In this document: piece by piece, positions 13,378 through 20,564 of the stretch
Position numbering within the stretch: position 1 is the stretch's first letter
How the letters are laid out: each line of letters begins with the position of its first letter
DNA from: a virus
IMG/VR virus record: IMGVR_UViG_3300029892_000002
Reading direction: 5' to 3' (one strand)
Length of the DNA stretch: 20,564 bases
Made by a program: the position numbers and the translations under genes
Notes under the pieces: model-generated
The model's database searches: none
What the model saw: the letters and a program-made list of their open reading frames with translations, nothing else
What the model was told of the DNA's origin: nothing

Positions 13378-15546
13378 TCATCGATACATACGGGATCTTT
13401 GACGAAGACTACGTTCTTTTTGTACTTGACGGATCATATCGTCGACAGACATCGCTGAATTACCATATGACGTCATTTCATTGAATAGATTCTTGAGACG
13501 ATTTTCTAGTTTATAAGCTATGAAATCATCACGTTCTTTTTTGATCTCTTCTGAGATTCTATCTATCTCAGCTTGGATGTATTGCTGGTATTGATTGTCA
13601 TAGGCATTACCAGATGAAACTTCATGAGCTCTGGTAGTTGACATGGATAGTATAACAGCTGAATTGATACCATAGTGGTCTAATTTACGACCATGGATCA
13701 TTAGCCAGTAAGATAAGAGCCATGAGATCGCCATGTCATCATGCCCTCCCTGAGGATGATCGACACGACCGTTCTTTATCATTAAGCTGAGTATTTGGTC
13801 GATGGTCTTTTTGTCATGGATGGTATCGCCAGTATATTTAACAGCACTTGTTAGTGTTGTGCTGTATAACTCGCTACGACTAGTTAGACCACTACCAGAG
13901 GTGACAAAACCAAAAGACTTCTTATACTCAACGTATAGACTATCACCACGCACATGCATGGGTTTAGCTATGCGGTTATAAGCATCTTTATCTTCATGTG
14001 AGTTTTGGACTATGGTATTGTAGATCCGTTTAAATGGATCCATACCAACAGCCGGCATCTTAATCAATAGATAGTCTATGATAGTAATGGCTGATGATTT
14101 ACGTTCTGGTATGAGTGTAACGTTTTGGTATGTATGAAGGAAGTTAACCAACCAATCAGCAAACAAGATTAGATTGGTTTCGTTATACGTACCAGCAGCT
14201 ACAACAGCACCAGTTTCGATATCCCTTATCAACATACCAATATCATCACCACCAGCTGCATCAGATGTATCAAGAGCCATGATGAACTTACCATGATTCA
14301 TCCTAGCTTCTAGATGTTGTTCCGGTATATACCATCTGACGATATATGCACCAGGTTTCATGATGACTTGATGGTAAGTAGACTGTTCTGAGGCTCTCAT
14401 CCTAGCAGCTTCTTGTGCTGTGAATGGTGACAAGATAGAACCAGATGTCCATACACCAAAGAAGTCTCTATCAGCATCTTCACCTTTAACGTTAGCATCT
14501 TCGATGGATCTAGCCAACCATTCATCGGTTTTACCTAGCTGCTTGTGTGTAAATGAGGCATATACTCGCAACACACCTTTACCACGATGTTCGGATAAAT
14601 TAGCACGAGCGTTAGCTGATGAGTTTTTTCTGATGATGTCTTCTAACTCTTCATGGTTCTCAGCATCTAACATATGTTCTGTCCAGATAGCTGATTCTTG
14701 GATCATGTTATAAACATAACCGCCTTCCGGATCATCTTTCTTACCAGCAGTTGTGGTTAGGATGGTGCCGTATGGTTGATGGTTTTGTTTGGCTAGCTCT
14801 CTTGCAGCAGTACCAGCAGCTAGTGCAGATGGAAGGATGATAGCGATGTTATCAATAAATGCAGCTTCGTCTATCTGGAAGATAGGAGATGTTAGACCAC
14901 GACCGATCTTGTAAGCTGCTTTAGGTGATTTATTTGGAACATGTGCACGTATTTCATTGGTGAGTGCTTTAATGGTCATCATTTCAGTGTTTGCAATGTC
15001 ATTGCGTGTTCTGAAATTCAAATACCATGGTAATAAATCCTGCATCTCTTTAAGACGAGCTAGGTTGTTAGTCCTAAGTGTGTCGTCTTTAGTGATGATG
15101 TTTACCTGAGTGTTAGTAGTTCCACCATTCATGTTGTAGATGTGTAGACAATCACAACCGACTGATTTACCAGTCTGACGGATCTGTTCTAGTATAGTAA
15201 AAATATGGTTGAAGAATAGCCAATATAGAGCTATGTTACCGCGATGAGCCTTAAACTCAGAAGGTATGGGAGAACCAACCATCGGTATCCTGATAACTTC
15301 TCTAAAGAAATACCATGGATTTTCAGATATCTCTATAGCTATCATAGCCATTTGTTTCTCAGTAAGATCTTCAGAGTGAGGATCTATACCTTGTAGTTCT
15401 GGGTTATGTAAAGCTAATAAGAATGAATTATTGGATATTCCGAGATCTCTGTATAAGGCAGCTAGCCTTAGAAATGTTTGGTTTTTTGTTCTGACATCTA
15501 TGATGCTACCTGGATAGGCTGCCCAGTCTTTTTTAAACAAAATCAT
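13378..15546 (-). CDS. terL: Terminase large subunit (phiKZ gp025-like)
   Basis: 722 aa. NPWYFFRE, Walker A IRQTGKS, Walker B IFQIDEAAF, motif III LTTTAG, nuclease IMALDTS...PERKS...HDDMAISW. Confidence 0.95.
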   Translation of the reverse strand: MILFKKDWAAYPGSIIDVRTKNQTFLRLAALYRDLGISNNSFLLALHNPELQGIDPHSEDLTEKQMAMIAIEISENPWYFFREVIRIPMVGSPIPSEFKAHRGNIALYWLFFNHIFTILEQIRQTGKSVGCDCLHIYNMNGGTTNTQVNIITKDDTLRTNNLARLKEMQDLLPWYLNFRTRNDIANTEMMTIKALTNEIRAHVPNKSPKAAYKIGRGLTSPIFQIDEAAFIDNIAIILPSALAAGTAARELAKQNHQPYGTILTTTAGKKDDPEGGYVYNMIQESAIWTEHMLDAENHEELEDIIRKNSSANARANLSEHRGKGVLRVYASFTHKQLGKTDEWLARSIEDANVKGEDADRDFFGVWTSGSILSPFTAQEAARMRASEQSTYHQVIMKPGAYIVRWYIPEQHLEARMNHGKFIMALDTSDAAGGDDIGMLIRDIETGAVVAAGTYNETNLILFADWLVNFLHTYQNVTLIPERKSSAITIIDYLLIKMPAVGMDPFKRIYNTIVQNSHEDKDAYNRIAKPMHVRGDSLYVEYKKSFGFVTSGSGLTSRSELYSTTLTSAVKYTGDTIHDKKTIDQILSLMIKNGRVDHPQGGHDDMAISWLLSYWLMIHGRKLDHYGINSAVILSMSTTRAHEVSSGNAYDNQYQQYIQAEIDRISEEIKKERDDFIAYKLENRLKNLFNEMTSYGNSAMSVDDMIRQVQKERSLRQRSRMYR

Positions 15547-15608
15547 ACAAATCTCCTGACTAAATACCCACTTGGCATGTAGGTATTCAAGAAAAGTGCC
15601 CGAATCCT

Positions 15609-16001
15609 TTGGAAGCTAATTTCGGAGGTCTTGCAATTATGGGCATGATTACCCGTTTGTTTAAATGGCTGCTTGTGAAAGCAAAATGCGAGTTCATTTG
15701 TAGCGATATGGCAGATAATTTTACTCCATTTCGTGTTATGGAGACTCGCATCGATGAAGGTAGGTCTCTTACCTTCAGCATTATGAAAGATCGTCGCAAG
15801 AGACCATTGTTAACTTTCAGCAAGACCTTTCTAGTCAAGGCTGAAATCCATCATGATTTACCAGATAGATTAAAAGAATACAACGACATTCAACTACTGA
15901 CTGTCGATGTCTTGTTTGCTTCTGTGTTTACTGACGAAGTAGTATCAGATGTATTGCTTAATCACTATCTGGATAAAATCATTAGTGATCTAAAGGAATA
16001 G
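15609..16001 (+). CDS. Hypothetical protein antisense to the terminase/virion operon (start uncertain; ATG 15639, 15645 or 15707 possible)
   Basis: The only ORF that fills the gap; ends 8 nt before a 16-bp hairpin. Confidence 0.55.
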   Translation: MEANFGGLAIMGMITRLFKWLLVKAKCEFICSDMADNFTPFRVMETRIDEGRSLTFSIMKDRRKRPLLTFSKTFLVKAEIHHDLPDRLKEYNDIQLLTVDVLFASVFTDEVVSDVLLNHYLDKIISDLKE

Positions 16002-16009
16002 CAGCTTAG

Positions 16010-16045
16010 AGTACTCTAGACAGGCCTGAGCCTGTCTAGAGTACT
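16010..16045. terminator. Hairpin between convergent genes
   Basis: Perfect 16-bp inverted repeat AGTACTCTAGACAGGC-CTGA-GCCTGTCTAGAGTACT. Confidence 0.75.
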
Positions 16046-16050
16046 TGATA

Positions 16051-17721
16051 TTAGCTCTTTACTACCATGGCAGCTAAAGAAAGTATCATATCTCCAGATA
16101 CGGTTTCTTTAACGAACCTAATATACACTGTCTTATTAACAGGAATCTCAGTACCGATGTTCAGAACATCATTCCATTTATCGATACTATATCTAAGAGT
16201 GTAGCTACCATAGATAATATCGAAGTGAGTCGGTACAACTGGATTAACTTCTCTCTCAGGATTGACCAGAGGATAGGTTCTGTAATAGACCTTCTGCAAC
16301 CATTCCTCAGGATCAACTATGTTCGAGTGTATGGTGAATTGAGATTTGTTATTGAAATCCCTATCAATACGTAATCCTTGTCCATAGAGACCACGGTTAG
16401 CTACAACCTCTTGAGCTATCTCCCATGGAGTTTCATAAGCTTGAGGCTCACCACGTAGGACTATGTCGAGTACTTGTGTATGGATATATCCAAGATAAGC
16501 ACCAGAAATATCGCTGAGTGTAATTGATACAGCACGACGTTGGATAACACCATATCCAAGAGGATCAAAAGGACCAGTGTTATCAGCCCATCGAACGAAT
16601 GGTGTTACATCCTGCATCATGTTTCTATCGAGATTGAGCATGAACCAACGCATGCGATAACCTTGATATTGATCTATCCATTCAGGATAACCAAACAATT
16701 TAACTGTATATGAGTTATTGGCTTCTACAGAGATTAAGTTATAACCAGCAGTAATAAATTTACCATCTCCAGTTACAGCATTGTAGGTAGCCTCACCAGG
16801 AGTAAGACGATACGAGAGGACGATTTCTACCTTTTGTCCAACGATAGTAGATACATATTGATCAAGTCCGATGATGGAGAACTTACTACCATCGATGGGA
16901 AGATCCATAGTACTACCATCGCTATAGTGAACACGACCAAATAAATTCAGTCCAGTCAACGGGACATTGAGCGGGAACCTCAATACGTTATCTACAGCTG
17001 GAGATAGGAAATTACTCTCAAGTGTAACATGAGTGATATATTTCTCCTCAGCATATGCAGGACGTACAAACGAAGTGTTGACAACCAATAACTGCTGTCT
17101 AGCTACTACATGACCAACGTCATCATAGAAAACAGCAGTCACGGTTTCACCATCAGGCATCTGTACCATACAGTTACAGGTACGAGGTGCTCTAACAGCA
17201 TAGTTGTCATGGCTATTAAATGCTACGAGCTCAAGCTCTATGGTATTACCAGCAAAGTTACCTTGAGCGTCGTATTTCTGAGAAATGACATTACCGTTAT
17301 CACTGAGATCATTACCACGGAAGATCTTAAACGAGCTAACGGTAGAACCATATACACGACATCTCTTATCTATATCAAGAGTATGAGGTATCACACTGGT
17401 ATCTAGATAAGCACGATAGGTGTCGGTGCTCTTAACATCACCACCAAGGAGTTTATCCATGGTAGAGATAACATAGGAAACACCAGATGGTTTGATTTCC
17501 TTAAGAGTAGGAACCAGTGTAATCGGATCCAATGCTGTTACGATCCAAACTACATATTGATCAGCGTCGATCACCCAATCTCGAATTTTTGGGACATAGC
17601 GATTTTGACCCAAATCACCAGACCAAACTTCGGACTTTTCCCATATAGTCCATCGACCATTAGGATCGTAAACTGGAACGATATTATCAGTTCCGATGAT
17701 ACCAACAAGGTTATCAGGCAT
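16051..17721 (-). CDS. Virion structural protein (phiKZ gp026-like)
   Basis: 556 aa, beta-strand-rich. Size and position next to terL match the conserved gp25-26-27-28 block. Confidence 0.75.
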   Translation of the reverse strand: MPDNLVGIIGTDNIVPVYDPNGRWTIWEKSEVWSGDLGQNRYVPKIRDWVIDADQYVVWIVTALDPITLVPTLKEIKPSGVSYVISTMDKLLGGDVKSTDTYRAYLDTSVIPHTLDIDKRCRVYGSTVSSFKIFRGNDLSDNGNVISQKYDAQGNFAGNTIELELVAFNSHDNYAVRAPRTCNCMVQMPDGETVTAVFYDDVGHVVARQQLLVVNTSFVRPAYAEEKYITHVTLESNFLSPAVDNVLRFPLNVPLTGLNLFGRVHYSDGSTMDLPIDGSKFSIIGLDQYVSTIVGQKVEIVLSYRLTPGEATYNAVTGDGKFITAGYNLISVEANNSYTVKLFGYPEWIDQYQGYRMRWFMLNLDRNMMQDVTPFVRWADNTGPFDPLGYGVIQRRAVSITLSDISGAYLGYIHTQVLDIVLRGEPQAYETPWEIAQEVVANRGLYGQGLRIDRDFNNKSQFTIHSNIVDPEEWLQKVYYRTYPLVNPEREVNPVVPTHFDIIYGSYTLRYSIDKWNDVLNIGTEIPVNKTVYIRFVKETVSGDMILSLAAMVVKS

Positions 17722-17734
17722 ATGCTATTCCTCT

Positions 17735-20326
17735 TTAAGTTTCTATAGCCACGAAGCCAGACAGCTCAACAGGAGCGCTAGCATAAATCTTGATAACTTG
17801 CATGAGGAAGCGATATACATGCAAGGTTACCATCATTACATTGTAATGATGGTGCGGATGTATGATTACGAATCTGCTATCAGGAACATTTTCACTAGAG
17901 ATATTGTCATAAACAAGCCACGGCTCATAAGGAGCACATATATCCCTAACTTCATGATCTGACAGGTTACGAGTATATTGTTCAGGACTTATACCGCCAC
18001 TCTTAATAGCGAACAATATAGCAGATATGAACGGACTATAGGTAGCATACCTCTCTGGTATAGCAAATATACCATCACGAGTAGGTTGAGGTAATTTCAA
18101 TGACATGTAGTCACTAACTACCTTATTCATAAGAAGGGATTCTTCCCTGAACTCATAACTATCCTGATCGACTAGTTCTTTCATAGGAACAGCTATATCG
18201 CGGATCATATACGGCATGCCATTCCTAGCATCCAATATACTTATACCGCTATGTTCCTCAGAGAACTCAACCTCATCTCTGGTTTTCAAAGAACCATTCG
18301 TAACGATCCTCAGAACTTGGTCTTCTCTTACATCAAACTTGTTATTATTACTTAAGAAACCATGTTCGATGTAACCAATATCTTGAGGATGTTCCCATGT
18401 CTTACCGTCGACAGATAGGCCTCTGAACCGTATATGGATATCTTGCTCAGTATTAAAAGCAGGTTGGTTAAGAAAGCGTTTGCTATATATCACCAACCTA
18501 GGCATATCCAATCTATAGTCGATGTTTTCTATTAAACTATAGCCGTTCATGAAGACATCTAACTGTAACCAAGGTATCTCAAGATCAAGAACTTGAGCAC
18601 TACCAAGCGTGTTAGTTACTTCCGTTATATCAAAAGCAACAACACCATTACTAGCAGTTACAGTGAAGTCATAAGCCAGGAATGTTCTATCCGTACGAAC
18701 CATTAACAAAACGTTAGGTTCATCTGGTATATATGTTAGTACTCCATTTTCAATTGTATATAACTCATCCAAGCCAGTTATATCATCCCATGTAGCATGG
18801 GTGCCGTTGAAGAAATGAGTAACATAGATACGATAATTGCAATCGCTAGGTATGGAGATAGTCTTAGTGCCAAACAACTGCTCTGGTTGATATGTACCTC
18901 TACCTCTAATAACCTCCAACCTAACAGCACCAGCTGTATTGGCTATATATGCTTGACCATTTTCATGGTGATGCCAGCCTATCATTTTGCCATCAGAATC
19001 GTATTCATAGACAGTGCTGTTATTTTGCAATAAAGCTGGTAAATCGACATAATTACCATTAGGACCAGGTAAACTCTGTGGTGTATTGGCATAGTAAGTA
19101 CTGATGCTATTATAACCAAGAGCATCTATGACATTTTGCTTAGTAAATTGTCCATCCAGAGACGACATTACTTTAGCATAAGCGTCATTCTCAAGCACTT
19201 CACAGCGCCAGACATTGGTAGAGTCACCAGTACCCAATAATGATTCCATCACCCATTCTTCATTGAGTTTATACAACTCATGAAGTCTATGGTGTATATA
19301 GACAAGTGACCGATCATACCCACTATGTCTGATATACATCCTGAACTCATATTCTCTATAATCAGCCTCACCATTATCAATCAGGATATTTAAACCACCA
19401 GCCTGATTAACAACATCATCGACCGATACACCATAGTCACGATGAGTAACCATCCTCATAGCGCTAGGTCTGTGATGGTATTGGTAAATACCTTTATACC
19501 TATCACCATCCCTCTTAACGATGAAGCATTCGTTATCATCAAAGAATTCGATAGGTTCATTACTCTCAAATGGATAATGAATCAGAAACTTCCGACTATT
19601 ATCCAACTCACTTAAATATGTCCTGAGTTCATCTATCTTGAACGATACGATCCTCATCACAGATGGATCATACAAAAACTCAACATAGTCACCAGGCTGA
19701 GCAGTAATCAAATCAATACTCTCAACCAAATAACCATTGACATAACAGAAACAACCACCAGGTAGGTTCTTATACCCATCATAAGTAGTCTGAAAATCAA
19801 CGATAGCCTGGATAGAGTTAAGCCTATCACCAATGATAATCAGTTCATTAACCCCATCATACCTATCACTATTGTAATAGGTATTGCGATAAACCCTCAA
19901 ATAGAAATTACCATTCCTATAATCAACAGGAACCTTGTTAGTCTGTTTGATAGCAAGAACAAGGTTCCTTTCATCCATGTACATGAAGTAACATGTAAAT
20001 CCAGGAACCATCAAACCCCTGCTATCATAGACCATACAAGTAACGTCATTTACACCAACGCTCTCATATAAGCTCATCCACCTATCAGGTAACCAATCAG
20101 GCAAATCACGAGAGATATTGACAGTACTTGTAAGTATTTGACCAATCTGGAAAACGTGATATACCTCATTATTACTAGGTAAATCTATCACCCTGTCCAA
20201 TAATACCAAACGGTTAGTAGCCCCATATTCAGGAGTCATCCGTTTTGGTTTGATAGTATATTGACTATCTTGGCGAGGATTACACCAAATCCTCTCCAAT
20301 GCGAAATTAACCAGGCTATCGGCCAC
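17735..20326 (-). CDS. Virion structural protein (phiKZ gp027-like)
   Basis: About 863 aa. N-terminal IWCNPRQD and internal RMVTHRDY. Size and synteny match. The start is GTG 20326 or TTG 20332. Confidence 0.78.
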   Translation of the reverse strand: MADSLVNFALERIWCNPRQDSQYTIKPKRMTPEYGATNRLVLLDRVIDLPSNNEVYHVFQIGQILTSTVNISRDLPDWLPDRWMSLYESVGVNDVTCMVYDSRGLMVPGFTCYFMYMDERNLVLAIKQTNKVPVDYRNGNFYLRVYRNTYYNSDRYDGVNELIIIGDRLNSIQAIVDFQTTYDGYKNLPGGCFCYVNGYLVESIDLITAQPGDYVEFLYDPSVMRIVSFKIDELRTYLSELDNSRKFLIHYPFESNEPIEFFDDNECFIVKRDGDRYKGIYQYHHRPSAMRMVTHRDYGVSVDDVVNQAGGLNILIDNGEADYREYEFRMYIRHSGYDRSLVYIHHRLHELYKLNEEWVMESLLGTGDSTNVWRCEVLENDAYAKVMSSLDGQFTKQNVIDALGYNSISTYYANTPQSLPGPNGNYVDLPALLQNNSTVYEYDSDGKMIGWHHHENGQAYIANTAGAVRLEVIRGRGTYQPEQLFGTKTISIPSDCNYRIYVTHFFNGTHATWDDITGLDELYTIENGVLTYIPDEPNVLLMVRTDRTFLAYDFTVTASNGVVAFDITEVTNTLGSAQVLDLEIPWLQLDVFMNGYSLIENIDYRLDMPRLVIYSKRFLNQPAFNTEQDIHIRFRGLSVDGKTWEHPQDIGYIEHGFLSNNNKFDVREDQVLRIVTNGSLKTRDEVEFSEEHSGISILDARNGMPYMIRDIAVPMKELVDQDSYEFREESLLMNKVVSDYMSLKLPQPTRDGIFAIPERYATYSPFISAILFAIKSGGISPEQYTRNLSDHEVRDICAPYEPWLVYDNISSENVPDSRFVIIHPHHHYNVMMVTLHVYRFLMQVIKIYASAPVELSGFVAIET

Positions 20327-20328
20327 GA

Positions 20329-20564
20329 TCAATCATCCACAAAGTCACGAATCACCAATTCCTCAACACCAACATGCTGAGTAAATTGCTGAACATAGGA
20401 AGCATAGGCCTTAGTGAACCCATCCCCATTGCCATACTTAGCAATACGTTCACACACACGAGCGATCATGAAGTTCTTATAAGTACGCTCAGTCAACGCC
20501 ATATAGACGATAGCACACCAAGTAGGAGGATGCTCCAGCCCAACAGGTATGATATCACGGCTAT
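20329..20564 (-). CDS. C-terminal part of a virion protein (phiKZ gp028-like); partial
   Basis: Open frame SRDIIPVGLEHPPTWCAIVYMALTERTYKN...FVDD with TGA at 20331-20329, entering from the right edge. Confidence 0.72.
   Translation of the reverse strand, partial: SRDIIPVGLEHPPTWCAIVYMALTERTYKNFMIARVCERIAKYGNGDGFTKAYASYVQQFTQHVGVEELVIRDFVDD

Noticed and set aside
805-15546. Inteins, introns or stop-codon reassignment in the polymerase or terminase
   Set aside because: Both are uninterrupted and of expected length in the standard code, with no intein or homing-endonuclease motifs; TAA, TAG and TGA all end genes.
1-20564. Chimallin (nuclear shell) gene
   Set aside because: No ORF here is recognisable as chimallin. 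By synteny it would lie beyond the left edge, so nucleus formation is inferred, not shown.

Overview
Segment of a phiKZ-like (Chimalliviridae-type, probably nucleus-forming) jumbo phage genome. Core genes: the catalytic half of the split family-B DNA polymerase (805-2925), a PhuZ tubulin (7672-8637), the terminase large subunit (13378-15546) and three virion genes in the phiKZ gp26/27/28 positions. Accessory genes: a DHH/DHHA1 phosphoesterase, a signal-peptide-bearing SLT lytic transglycosylase and a bacterial-type Mrp/ApbC Fe-S carrier ATPase. The left edge holds an internally deleted IS605-family element, in which the left-end hairpin is joined directly to the last codons of tnpB and lies in frame with an upstream ORF. 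The most interesting unexplained signals are non-coding. A 40-bp promoter-like motif occurs twice (32/40 identical), with a degenerate third copy. Two of these copies point into ORF-free, hairpin-dense regions (about 450-720 on the minus strand and about 9376-9910 on the plus strand) that look like structured ncRNAs, and the second carries a GGA-dense ACGGAGT x3 array resembling Csr/Rsm-sequestering sRNAs. All family assignments come from motifs, size and synteny recalled from knowledge; no searches were run.
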